Source: Patellaria atrata CBS 101060 (lineage: Eukaryota). From it: a stretch of 64,000 nucleotides of DNA. This document shows, piece after piece, positions 1 through 15,133 of the stretch. Both the position numbers and the translations under genes were made by a program. Below the pieces are notes generated by a model that saw nothing but the letters and a program-made list of their open reading frames with translations, made no database searches and had not been told where the DNA came from. The stretch covers positions 213,086 to 277,085 of the forward strand of contig MU006106.1 of assembly GCA_010093705.1 (NCBI GenBank). The letters run 5' to 3'. The first letter of the stretch is position 1. Each line of letters opens with the position of its first letter.

Positions 1-1285
1 AAAAAAAGAGTCAGAACCGAGCCCGTGTAAGTGAAAGGTGATGGCTGTTAAGAATCAAAAACATACATAGCATCCTCTCCTGCATAGTCCAGGCGCGAGC
101 CTCATACGGACAATCTTTCAGCATCTTTTGAAGCGTTGGTGGACAGTACACTAGCCTATTAGATTTCCCAGCAAATGCAATAGGCTGTGCCCTTCTCGAA
201 CCCGCTCGAATTCCTGGAAGTCTAGTATCTGCATCTTTAGCGCTCAAAGTTACGATTGTCAAAAACGCCTGGCTATAGATAGAGTCCATCTGGGAAATCT
301 CATGGAGCTTTCCTTTCGGGTCATCCTGTGGTATTGAGAGTTGATCAACCCATAGGTACCGTAGTCTAAGAGCTGCGACTAGGGTGATAGCATCTTGAAT
401 GACTACGGGAATAGGCTGTGGTTGTGAGAACAAGCCTCCGCGCTCCATTAGGCTATGGATGTTCTTAGAGGTGAGTTGTAAACCTTGTATGCCTCCCCAG
501 ACATAGCTAAGAGCACAATACCTCACGTTTGAGTTCAATTTAACTAAACATTTGTTGACGACATCGATGAGCCTGATTTCGACGTGCTCGCTGTTTCGAG
601 ATTCTAGCACACTCTTTGAGCAAGTTCCGTGGTGTTGATTCATACAATTGTTAAGCCAGTCGCGTAACAAAGATATTGATACACGGTTCTCGTTGTGTGA
701 AAATTTAGATGGAATGGATGAACTAGACGACGGAGTTTTCGGAGAAATCAGAAGATGAGATACAGCGTGAGTAGCAAAGGTTTCCGGGTCATCGACCAAA
801 CTATCCCATGGAGATCCAGACTGAGCTTTAAGTACTTCATCGAGGCGCGATATACTCTCAAGTGACGCTTTTCGGCGAAGGAGGGTTTGTCCACTCTCGC
901 CGATGTTCCTGATAGTTCCTTTGTCGAGATTGCCCAATTTGATTCGAACGCATGGTCCCAGACGGTCTGAGGTGGCTATAGCCTCACACTGAGTCGAAAA
1001 TTCTATAGGACTGCTGACGTCCGCTGAAGGTGCTAGTCGTGCTTGATCCAAAATACTGTGTATAGCGGTGCAAATTGCACAGTCTGGCCTCTGGGCGAGC
1101 TCGATCAAAGTTCCCAAAGAACCTTCTGAAAATGTGTGGTCCCTTTTCAACCCGAGAGTATTGAACTCACGGCAAGTGGTACAACGATAGATGAAACGAG
1201 AGTGAATACCGACTGGCTCTTCAGAGTGAACAGCATCTTCATCCTTCGACCGTCGGAGCCATCTTCTAGGGCTCATAGAGGACAT
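1..1285 (-). CDS. Heterokaryon incompatibility (HET) domain protein, 3' part outside the window
   Basis: HET-domain motifs RLIDV..CLV, YCALSYVWGG, IQDAI, YLWVDQLSIPQDD, MDSIYSQAFLTIV, RAWTMQERML. First ATG is at 1285 (the ORF track starts at TTG). GTATGT donor at 66 directly after QERML; the acceptor lies beyond the window edge. Confidence 0.9.
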
Positions 1286-1789
1286 GGCCTCCAAAGAAAG
1301 TGGTTCGAGAATATCAACAACATTACAAAAGGTTCAAAGTTGAAGTTGGGGGCGGATATTTAGGACTGAACGAGAGAACCTTGCCAATTACTTATTAAGC
1401 CCTGCAAGAGAACGCAATCTGCTGGCGCAGCAGCCTGGTTCTGACCATCGCGTGAGTAGATGAATGTCCGTTGACTCCGCCGTGCATCCAGTACAACTCT
1501 TGAAATCAATTCTTCATCCGCGAAAGTAATCACAAATGCTGTTCACCTTCAGGTTTCCAATTGTGGTTATTACTAAGATTGCAAGGGATGCTGACCTTGG
1601 CGACGAAGCTTGTCATGGTTGATCGGCAACGGGAGGGACGATGACAACTTGCTCTAAGGGCTCCTGAGCTCCTCATAAGGCACAGAACCTCAATTCTATT
1701 CCTACGCTCTCTAATAACCATATGGGACTACCCTTGCACGTCGCTCCTTGTAGAAGTACTGTAATGTCTAATAGTTTTTGGAAGAAAAC

Positions 1790-3651
<1,862 letters not shown>

Positions 3652-6600
3652 TGAATGATAGAATGTAAAACACCAACGGCTATTGACTGTAGTTGTACGA
3701 TTGTACTGAATTATGAAGAAAAGTATTAGTCTGTCTTTAAAAAGTATAATTCATACCTGGTTGACGTCCACATTTGTCATCCGTACAAATCGAAGTTCTG
3801 ACCGAGATTTTGATCCGGGTGGAATCTCTCCCAAGGTTGGAACTAGGCACGCTCTCTCCTTGTACGGTATGCCGACAGAGTGTCGTGGTTTCCGTTTTCG
3901 TCGATTGCCCTCATGGGCAGTCAACGTACCCAGATGAGAATTGTTCTACACCAGCCATTTCTAGTTACTGGATGGACATTCGAGAAGTAATCATTGTTGC
4001 CCGACGTGACCGAGTAAATGTTATCTTGTACGCTAGCGTTGGACTCGATATCTCGCTAGTTTTCGAAGGCGTATATGAATGTATGCTATGCTCGCCCCGA
4101 AGCAGCCCCAGTATAAGGTTTACAGCTTACCGGTAAACAAGAAGAGCGGAGGTGGTAGGTATATTATATGCCTTGTGCCCTAACACCTTAGGAATTCGAT
4201 TTACTATTGCAGAAGCGTAAGTCTCAAAATGAGACGTCCCAGGAAAAAGTAATTTCTGAGACGATCTCTGCCTTCACCGATTGAGCAGAGTTCAACTCTA
4301 CTTGGAACTGTTGCAGAGACCGCTGACCCTCCTGTGTGGTTAGCCTTATACTCCTGGGTAGAGAGTTTCTGCAAGACTGCTTCCCGGAGATACATATGAT
4401 ATCAGGAACGAGAACGATTCGACAGTACGCGTAAAATTTCATGCACGCTTCTGGAAATTTGTAAGAGTATGTGGTCTGGTAAGCCTCAGGTAGAGACTGG
4501 AGCATGGTCGAGTTATCGGTGGAGCAATTTCTAAACACGATCTTAGGGCTGAGTAAAATGATCGTCATGCCTTCGGAACAGCGCCGCATTCTTGATAGCG
4601 CAAGTGATTGACAAGTAGCGAGTAGCTAGTCCGGCCGTAAATTGCTGAAAACATAGAGAGGCGGTAGAGGTGTCTTAAAATGTGGGCGTGACTCATAAGA
4701 CGCGGTGAACATATACATACTAGGTAGATTTTTGCATCTACAAGCAGTGTGCTGTTAAAGGATATAAGAGAATGTAATCTATTTGTACAGTACCGAGCCA
4801 GCAGCTTACCGCGGCTCGGATCGCAAGCCAAGGTTGAGCATTGAATGCGAATACGAGCGGAGACAAGAAGTGTCCCGTGGTGGTATATGCTGTACATAGG
4901 CTCCGCTGGGCGGAGAGAGAGACGGGGGAGATTTTGGCCCTAAAAGTGAGCAGGTTCAAACGGTCAGATTTTGAACAGAAATCTCCGAAAATGAGATTAC
5001 CAATGAAGAATATGAGGAGACGACATACTCGGAGTTCCACTAGTCTTTTCTATATGGAATACGGTATGTAGAGATGCTTCTAGCTGAGAGATATAGAATT
5101 GCAGAGTTTCAAAGTAAAAGAAGGATTTCGAATAGACTAGCAGATAGAGATGATGAGGATTTCGAGAGCCAACAGACAGCGGAACCTAAGATGCATTTCA
5201 TCTCAGGCCATCAGTCAGCTAAATCAAACCTCGTAAGCACCTCAGCTTTCGCTAATGGCTCCATAAAAACCGAGTAGACGGTAGAGTAGATGAGTGCGGA
5301 GTTAACAGTTCGAAGAACGATCAACCCACGGCTCAATCCTTCATGGATCAACGATCAACGGGGGCATCGCCTTGCATTGAGACTACGATAAACCCTTATT
5401 ATTGGAAATCCTGATGTTGTTAACTAGTTCTTCATGGGTGTGGTCGTCTAGACGCGTGTTCTGAGGGGGCTCAAACAGGAGTGACAAAAAAAACGGTAAA
5501 ACTGAAAAGGAGCTGTAAGGTATTTAATGTCTAACCACGCGCTAGCACTCTTCGGTTCTCGTTTTGGTTCTGTTTGCGAAGATGAATGCGCACGCAGCAG
5601 CGGTACAGTGCTGTACAAATCTGAAAACTGGACTTAAGGCTGCTTAGCCACCCTCTTACGTACTCTGTACAGGTACGCCATATTCGTTAACTTGTACTTT
5701 GGGGTTGAGCGATGCTGAGCGGCCAGAGCCCGACGTTGAACCAAATCGAGCAATTCAACATCATGCCGAGGAAGAAGAATCAACCTTAAGTCAAAGGGGT
5801 TGACCGTTAAGCTGAGAGATATTATCAGCTTAGAACTAGCCCTAACACGACTAATCATGATGACAATTACGCGCAATATCGACGTAAATCAAAGGTTTTC
5901 AAACAGATGATTAATACAAGACGTAAGGTAAAGATGGTAGAAGTCGGTGTCTGTATTGGTCCTTTGGTTGGACGACTTTGACGTTACTGTACGGGGAACA
6001 GGCTGCCCGGGCGGGATGATTAGAAAATTGGTATCCGATTGTATCGGCAATGATGCCACAAAAAGGTCCGATAAAGGTAAAGATGGATGTGGAAGAGTCA
6101 TCCACTCACTCATACATGATCCATCATGAGGTGTTTCCAGCAAGCACCAAAACCTACTTCTAGTCACCACGACATTCAATACAGCTGGAAACTGTGCCGT
6201 TACCCGTGCTGTGCGTCTTCTTCGTTACAACAGGAAATATCAAGTTTCCCGGTAACACAACCCCCCTACTCCGCTCCAACGCCCGCAATATTAATCACAT
6301 ACATACAAGTACAACACATTCTAGAAATTCCAATTCCGCTCTTGGTCATGTCTCGTCGGGGGCTTGGACCACGTCCGCTACTCTTAGCAAAGTCTGGGGT
6401 TGGGCTTGAGTATCACTCCCCCAAGCAGCATGTCTGTGTGACTTTGTGAACTTGTGTTGGATGCTGAAGGCCTTAGGGACGCCTCAAACCTGCTCATGAC
6501 GCTCATCTCTGATCTCTCATTGCATAACTAAACGATAGCTTTAGCCAAAGCAGAAAAACATGGGTTTTGTCAGACACTATCAGAGACTATTCCTCATTAT

Positions 6601-7616
6601 TTCCAAGACTAGCAAAAATCCACGATGAAGAGACTCTCGAGAAGTTTTGAAAGTGGTCCTCACGATCATATCATCATTGTCCAAAGGTCGATTAGAATGA
6701 TCCAATGACAATTAGCTTTCCATACTGTACCAAATCGTATTTCCCTTTTCTCCCAATACAGGATACGGCTTGCAAAATATCGATAGCTGCACGTCTCGTT
6801 TCGTTGACTTCTTTCGCTCCGTACGCCGAGGGAATGCTGTGTCGCCGAGCGAGGCAGAATAATGACTTGAGAGAATGCGAGGGCGCGGCGAGCAACCTGG
6901 ATCTTGAATGATGAACCTATCAATGCTCACTACGCAACTCTAACGTCTTTGTAAGGTTTTAAAGCCAAACGCCAACGCTGCAACTCGGAGTAAAGTGTGC
7001 GTATTCATACTCAACCCCTTGTAAAGACTCATGAAGGCTCACGGCCGAATGTCAAGCTCTCTTCTCCGACGCGCGAGATGCATTTGCGAATTGCGAATCG
7101 CGAAGTCCACCACCAGCACCAGCCATCATTACTAAGGTACTCTATTGTCAAAACGGTTTCCAAAAGGAATTCCAGGCCAAATGGAAAGGTTCATTATTAC
7201 CTTGCCATGGGTCCACCACCAGGGTCTATGATGTGGTGAGTAAGGAGCTGAAGAGCTCTGGCCGCATCGCCCACTACTCAGCATTACATCCCCATTTTAT
7301 AATTACCGCTTTTACGGTTGTACTTGTAAGTTTTAAAATGCGAGTGACATGTGTCCAGGGTAGACGTTGTTCCCGGTTCCGGTATCCCAATCACCTTATT
7401 CACCTTGATATAATAATGTTCATCCTTCCCAGCCCTCGTCGTCGGCCTTACCACTAGCTCGAATGTTTCTTTCAGCCCTTGGGAAGGCTTGATTTATTTC
7501 TAATATTGTCTCTATATCCCACGTTCCACGCACTTCCTTTTTTCTTATTCTAAATCTCTCTTGACTCGACTGCCATATCAAAACCCTATAGTCACTATCG
7601 AATCCCAACAAAAGTT

Positions 7617-8654
7617 ATGTCCACCCCGCAGAGAAATCCTTCAATGGAATCGCAAGACAGTAATATTCGTAAAAGAGTATGTAAAGCTTGTGATAGATGT
7701 AGACTCAAGAAATCAAAGGTAAAGACTTCATCTTCTTCCCCCAAACGTTACTCAATAACTAACACTCTATAGTGTGATGGCTCAAACCCATGCTCGAGAT
7801 GTAAAGCAGATAACGCGATATGTGTGTTTGGAGAGCGGAAGAAGTCGCACGATAAAGTATATCCTAAAGGGTACGTACCTTCACCTTATAAAACTGATGT
7901 GAGAACCATTTCTCTAACTTATACTAGCTATGTAGAAATGCTAGAACAGCAACAAACACAACTAGTCGCTGGTCTTCGAGAGCTATATTCGCGGTTACAA
8001 TCGGGCTCGGGTTGGCCAGGATCTCCGTTAGAAGTTGCTCAGGGTGGACATCCTCTTACCCATGATATATTAGAAAGACTTGATCTTTTGCGTGGAAAGA
8101 GCGAGGATGGAACTCACTACGAAGGATTTGAAGAGGACTGCTCACGCATGCAACAGAGATTGCTACAGAACGGTGCATCGTACGTGAAGAGAAGAGGTTC
8201 AGTGAGCTCGGACTCCAGTCATGATCATGACCACGCTTCGACAATTTCCTCTTACGGAACACCGCCGACTCAGAATCTTCCTTTAAACGACTCATTCGCA
8301 CGTAACGGAGCGCCTCCAACTCCTCCATTGCACAGCCCGTTCCCGCGACAGTCTCAATTAAGCGTTTCGGTGAAAGCATCACCACAGTTTTCGGTCCCTT
8401 ACATGCGTGCCGGCATGGATCCGGCTCAGATAATGCGTCCGAATTGGACAATCGAACCTCAAATTATGGATGACAACGCAAACCTGGAGTACGGGATACC
8501 GTACGATTCACCCATGCAATATGAACCTCCTATGACGGCGTTCGAGCAATTCCCTTCGCAAACGACTCCTATATCAACTACTTTAGCCATGGACGGTTGG
8601 ACAGACTCGAGTGATCTGGACTTCAGCAATTTCATCAATCCTATCGCTACATGA
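7617..8654 (+). CDS. Zn(II)2Cys6 transcription factor (short Fcr1-like type), about 308 aa
   Basis: Exons 7617-7718, 7773-7870, 7928-8654. Spliced product RKRVCKACDRCRLKKSKCDGSNPCSRCKADNAICVFGERKK..YPKGYVEMLEQQQ has all six Cys plus a coiled coil, followed by GHPLTHDILERL. Confidence 0.93.
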
Positions 8655-9918
8655 CGACGTCACCATTCCTTCACCACTCTATTATTTCTAACATAGATCG
8701 GGACGGGCTTTTTGCTTAATGGCGTTACAGCATTCTGGGATTGGCAGGCACTTCATTCCGTACGGTTCGGTGCATACTAACGGGGCCTGGCGTTATTATG
8801 TTATCTGTTCTAATTGAGCGTACCGGAATATCGACATGTTTGACGGGTTGATTGCTTGATCCATTATACCTACTCCAGCTTGAGGAAGTTTAATGATGAC
8901 GTTTACGAAGGAACCCCGCCGACGGGTGGACGCGGTTGAACATAGTGTAGTATAGCCCCTCGTTGGTCGAAGACATCATTGTTCACGTGTATATAGAAGC
9001 AGGAAATAATTGTTGCGCAAACTTCGAAATCTCCGACTCTTACTATGATTTGTAATAATGCAAAATTGCTATGATATGGGTGCCGATAGAATGGAAAAAC
9101 AACGGGAGATTTGGTGGATACACGCTTACCGGTTCTCGAAGACCGACCTCGCGTTCCCACACGAATTTAAGTCGGATTTAAGATTATACCGTACTTACTT
9201 TAGCGGTGATCGATTTTAAAATTCAAACGGCTTACCGCATCTCCCTCTAGCTCCTTTCGTACATGGAACGTTTTCAAGGCAGGAATGCTGGATGTGCTAT
9301 CGTACAGAAATGGCAGAATGGCAGATGCTGGGACGCCACATCAACACAAGCTCCGAACGAGATGCCTGGGTACCTCGCACCGTAAGCAAGCGCACGCCTT
9401 CAAACCTTTTTCTTTCTTCAGCGATAGCATCAAAACTTGGAGAATTATCATTTCACGACATCGTCCAATTTTGAGTGATTCGAAATGAAGACTTCCGCCT
9501 GAGACAAAGACGCCATCCCGCTTCTTTAGGCTAAACAAGGGTACTGGTGATACAATGATAGTTATGACGCCCATATGCCCCTCATGTCGAAGGGACATCT
9601 CAACAACTATACAACTTCGCTCTACCACTTTTACTAATCGCCATTCCTAAGGCTTTGTCAGTAGCCCTTGAAGTAAAACGAGGTAACTACATTGATCTCG
9701 AACCTTTTAGAACACAACTACATCGAAAAGGTAACCATCTACCCCGCTTTTCTCTGCAGTATCAGTACACCTGCAGCATCGTGCTGCTTATGCCCGGTGA
9801 TAGCACACGATCTCTTATCCCACCCGTTACTTATTCAAACACGGCTGTCCATGCAGTTGCTGACGAGCAGGAATAGTCATTTGGCTATACCTCAAACAGT
9901 TTATACCGAGGTCCAGCT

Positions 9919-10993
9919 ATGTCCGACAAACCATTTACCTTTCTCCCATTAGGGGCTCTGATAAAGGAGTTCAAGATTGACGGCAAGAACATCGTCCTGA
10001 ATTTTCATAATGAGGAACAATACAAGAAGTACAATGCTCCTTTCTTTGGCGAGACTATCGGTCGAGTGGCAAATCGGATATCAGGCGCCAAGATCAACAG
10101 TCTGAATGGAAAGTCCTACCAATTAGCGGATAACAACAATGGGAATGCTTTACATGGTGGTCCCAATGGATGGGGGAAGTTGGCCTTTGAAGGCCCGATT
10201 CCTGTGGAGTCAGATGGCCCGGAAAAGGAGAAGGTGTTGTTCAAGTATACCAGTCCCGATGGCGACGAGGGATATCCAGGGACGGTGGAATTGAAGGTTT
10301 GGTATACGCAATGGACCGAGAAATCGGACGGTAGAAATGTTGTCGTCCTTGATATAGAGTATGAGGCCCAGTTGGTAGGAGACGAGGACGTGCAGGAGAC
10401 AGTCATCAATGTCACAAACCACAGGTTAGACCACACTCGTTTATTTCTTCCTCTCCGGTACGTTGACTAACAACCCCATCAGCTATTTCAACCTCACAGA
10501 TGGCCCAACCATCGAAGGAACCGACGTCACCTTAGCTACCTCGAAATATCAAGTTGTAGACAACCTTGGTATCCCCATAGGTCCGATTGACGACTACCCA
10601 GGTATAAAAGGCAAAGAGCCCTTCAACCTTGGGCCTCAGGAACCAGATATCGACGATTGCTTCGTCTTGAACACGGATCCCAGTAGTGTCCCTATCGACA
10701 CGCGACCCCTGCCTCTACAGGAACTAATATACGCCCATTGTCCAGCTACAGATATCAACCTAGAAGTGCTGAGCACTGAACCCGCATTTCAGTTCTACAC
10801 AGGGAGATTCATCGAGACCCAGGCTGTTGACGATCTACCAGCGAGGGGCAAGCGCGCCGGGTTTTGCTTAGAGCCGAGTCGATATGTCAACGCAGTGAAT
10901 GTGGAGGAATACAAGAGCATGGTGCTATTGAAGCGCGGAGAGAAATATGGAAGTCGGATCGTGTATAGGGGTTGGAAAGGGGGCAAAAAGTGA
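9919..10993 (+). CDS. galM: Aldose 1-epimerase / galactose mutarotase, about 338 aa
   Basis: Motifs GETIGRVANRI, LHGG, DGDEGYPG. Intron 10425-10482 restores NVTNHSYFNL. Also FQFYTG and GFCLEP. Confidence 0.95.
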
Positions 10994-13900
10994 TAGTTCT
11001 AGTTTTCCTGGATATTTGATACCGTGACTTACTGTCTCTTGGAAGCGATCATCGAGAGACCCAAGAATCAAAACTCTAGCTCGATTCCTTGCATGTGAAC
11101 CAGGCGTTAGTCGTATTCGCTCCATGTATTCATCCATACCCAGTACGTGATGTACAGTATAGAATACTAAAGGAAGTTTTTCGCGATGCACAACTTTCAC
11201 AACTCTCCACAAGTACTGCAAAAACCCCAAGCCGCGTCGCGAGGAACCCGAGATCCGAACCGAGCGAACAAGGGCACGTTCAGTCGTTCACCTCCCCACA
11301 CTACAAAATCCCATCTTTGCGGCTTTACGCATACCGAATCGGCCGTAACTTGAAGTTAAATCTCCCCTACCGCATCGTAAAGCTTGTGACCAACTTACAG
11401 ACTTACAGTAGCCTCCAGCAGCCTTACCTTTCCTTCCCCTATGCTCGTTTCGGATACCGAGCCACTCGTGAAAATTACCCTTTTCGGCACTAATCCCCAA
11501 ACTATACAGGATGCGCCATTTTTGCCTGCGGGTTCAGGGTTGAATGGACTTTTCTACTGTAAGGCGAGAAAGAGGTCTGATGATGGATTGATTATGAAAG
11601 GGCTCGCGGCGGAAATTGTCCCGCTCCCCGTTGGATCGATGGCTCGTGGTTTTGGGTCCGGAGGGATGAGTGAGCCGAATGCCGATCGAGGGGGGCGTGA
11701 AATACGGCGATGGAGCTGTCGAAATACTGCTTGGTTCCCACATTCTATCGTGGAAATCGTCGTGTTTGTTCCTGAGGTTTCTTTTCTCCGAGTATAGGGA
11801 GGTTGTTTGTTATTGAGTTGATGGTACATGAATGGATTTTCATGAAGTGGTTTCTATGGAGTAAGCTATCATCAGTGTACATGAGGTGTAAAACGTACTG
11901 TACCGGTTAAGTGATTGGGATACCTCTACATATTGACGACGCTTCAACGATAGGACACCACCATGCTGCAACAAGCTTTAGAGATGCGTACGATCCGCCG
12001 TGGTGGCACACCTGGTACCCTTGTGCTTAAAGGAGGACTGCTTGCGACATTGCTGTCCAGTACAGTGCACACCTGGAAGTCGCATAGCACACCTGAATTG
12101 GTAATATCCAGGGAGATATACGACGAATGTTAACCAACTCAGGACCAGAGACTATCAGGAGACAAAAGATTTACAGGGACTATCTACAGCGATGTGTTGT
12201 GCGAAGCATACTTGATACTATATCAAGTTTTCAGTATCGTCTGTTCATCACGTTGGGGACTGCTTGCTCCCTATACTTTCACTAATACTAATCTTGGGTC
12301 CTTTCGCTCTCTTCTGTTACGAGATATCCGCCATCTTAAAAATCAAGTCAGAGACATTGATGTATAGACCAAATCCGGCAGTCGATAAGTGTTACAGGAG
12401 AGGAAGGACTATCGCAGTCTCGCACGTGGCAATATTGCAAACCTTCGTAAGGGAAGTGATTCTTCAAGGTATACGTAGGACATCCAGGGACGATAACTTC
12501 TCTGCGTCGAACTTCTATTCAAACTCCATATTGGTATAATCAGTAGCTTTCTTTGCCAGATTCCTTTGGCCATTTGATAGAGCCTTTATTTGACAAATCC
12601 AATTTCTATCAGCTTTAACAAGTGTAAACCGTGAGCTCAATTAGAAGTGTTCTTGACCTCATTCAGGAGACGAGACTTCTTCCCGTCGTGCCTTCTTCTC
12701 AACTGCTCCTTCCCTCCCGCTCGCAACTTCCCTAAGCACGAATAACAGCAACACCACATATACGACAACAAGCGGAAAGCCCGCCAGCAAAACCTGGCCA
12801 TATGGTCTAGTTGGGGGAGACACCCGTCGGCGACTCAACTCATCTTTGGTTTCATGTTCGAGTCCGCTGGGTCGCACTTTGGTATGGTTTCATAATGCCG
12901 TGCGACCACCGCGAAAAGCATCGAAAGGTGGAATTTTTTTGTCAATTTTTTTCGTGCTGTTTTGGTTGATTTGTGTTTGATGTCTAAGGCGACTTTTTCG
13001 AGTAAGGGACTACGAGCTTATTTTGTCTACGTATCTATTTATCTATTTGGTTTGTTTATGTTTCGCTACCTATTTACACCTTTTGCCTCGAAAGGAGTGT
13101 CAAATTAATCGCTGAATCACGATAGTTGTCTCTACCTGGATACTCTACCATTGGAATTGCTATGGGAGTTATGATATTCATATTTTGCTGAATGTGCGCT
13201 TGATATTACTGAGAGTACAGATAATGTTCTTCAGTTATTGGTTGAAAATTCCAATATATAAGTCCATAAGCACTAGAAATGATGCAAGACTTCCTGCTAT
13301 ATCTGTGCATGGTGTAATAGTAGTTTAAGCGATTGAGTCTGATACCGAGACTCCTCAATTTACCATTCCTAAGGCAAGACATCATCCCGGCATCTACATT
13401 CTCGGATGATTTTCAAGAACAGTTGAAGTGCCGCTCGCTATAAACCAAACTGGTCGTATCTTCACTGGGAAGTTTAGGTGGACGAGCGAGAGTAATTTCT
13501 AGCCAACAAAGAGTTATTGTTTGGTAGAAGATACCATCAGAAACACGGATTTCACATCGCATAAAGGTTGCACGTCCGTGAGAAGGAAGGTTTTGCCATT
13601 AAAATTGAGAACTAGCTCGAAACATAATGATGATGTTGACCCCATAAAACTATCATATCTTCCTCTATAGAAAGACGGTAGCAGATACCAAAACCCAGAC
13701 TCCTGAGAAACAGAACGGCGACAGAAAAGTTAAATTGAACGAATGAATCCAAGGGTAGCCATACTGATGATATAGCTTTGACTGCTTGATCGTGTATTTG
13801 GAAGCGGGACCCGTGTTCGAGAATCGGTTCTGGTAAGAAAAGATGGCGGTTACATCATCGTTTCGATTTCAGATTCTTTAACTGTGATTTGATTTCATCT

Positions 13901-14874
13901 TTAAAATGCTTGAGGAACACGAAGTCCTGTCCTGCTTCCAAATTAGCATGAAGGGAAGGGGGATGGAGTGGTCGAGTTTGGGTGAGGTGGCGTACTGTCG
14001 ACCTTCGTGCCGCCCATCTCTTCTACTGGTTTTCCATGTTTTATTCTAAGAACGCCCCTGTGGACGCCTCGAACCAGTTTATGAAATGCGGGACTTGAGA
14101 GTAACTAGATTAATGGATTCAGTAAGACCATGATTACGATATTGCTGGGTCGAGAGACACACGTGATTCACTGCCCAAGCCTGTATACCGGTCAGAGACG
14201 CATTTGATGTTCAGATTTCAAGAGATATAAATAATGAAAGAGGGAGGCAAACCTCTACGATATGCCACATCGCGATAGTATCATAGATTGAGGTGAGGTT
14301 GTAAGAAAAATGTAAGAAGAATGATATCTAGTACAGTGGAGGAAGGCCTCCTTGGCAGTGTTTTCAAACTACGGGTGTTAGTAGTTGTCCTCTTCGTCTG
14401 TAAGCGGATCAAAACATTGTTTCAAAAGATTCTCAATCCCGAATAGTGGAGTGACGGTGACACACTTGTCTGGACGATTGAGAAAGATAATACAACGACA
14501 ATGTTGTTTCGAGTCGCTTGGATCGCCACTCCGGTCCTGGTTGAGGAGCCTGAGGTGTGAGGTGCACATGCACCGGTCAACTCTTACGACTGCCCACGTT
14601 CACCTGACTCGGCCGCCGTTTGACTTCAGTTAACTTCATTCTTCACTTCTCTCTCAGTCAACTCAACCTTCTTTACCTTTCCGCCTGTTTCTTCGAGCCG
14701 AACCCTTTTGTTTTGCTTCTGTCGCCCTTCTCCCCCTCCCCCCCACCACCATCAAGAACAACAACACCAGCTTTTGTTGGTAACAACCCCGCGGTGTTCA
14801 ACACGACTTGTCGATCTGCCTTGAGAATTCTCTGGCAAGACTTACTTTCTTCTCTCTACAGACGCGTTCTAGAG

Positions 14875-15023
14875 GTACGTAACTCCAAAAATCTTCAATC
14901 TTACCCCAAATCTCGAATCCGACCTGGTGGCGCGCTGCTAGCCCTCATCTGCCCAAGCTCTCCTCTACCTGCGATTTTGCTCATTCCTAACCTCAATCGA
15001 GATTCGACCACTAACGTATTCAG
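14875..15023 (+). other. Putative 5'-leader intron of the tyrosine phosphatase gene
   Basis: GTACGT donor at 14875, ACTAAC branch site at about 15010-15015, and a CAGCAGCAG acceptor run at 15021-15029, about 110 nt upstream of ATG 15134. Confidence 0.6.
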
Positions 15024-15133
15024 CAGCAGCGGCCTTCAGCTACTTACACTCCTACAGCGAGGATACCATCACACTGAATAAACTTCGTGCGCTTCTGCGC
15101 AAACGCGAGGGCTCTCGCTCACCCTCCCGAAAC

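Noticed and set aside
3700..7500. Numerous short ORFs in the long intergenic region
   Set aside because: No domain motifs, codon bias or coherent exon chain; no transposon hallmarks or clear RIP-like AT enrichment.
13627..13707. ATGATGA ... CTGA spacing resembling a C/D snoRNA
   Set aside because: No terminal stem and no rRNA-complementary guide that I could recognise.
11000..14600. Short ORFs, including the hydrophobic 12659-12877 ORF
   Set aside because: No ATG start or consistent splice structure; composition is explained by local skew.
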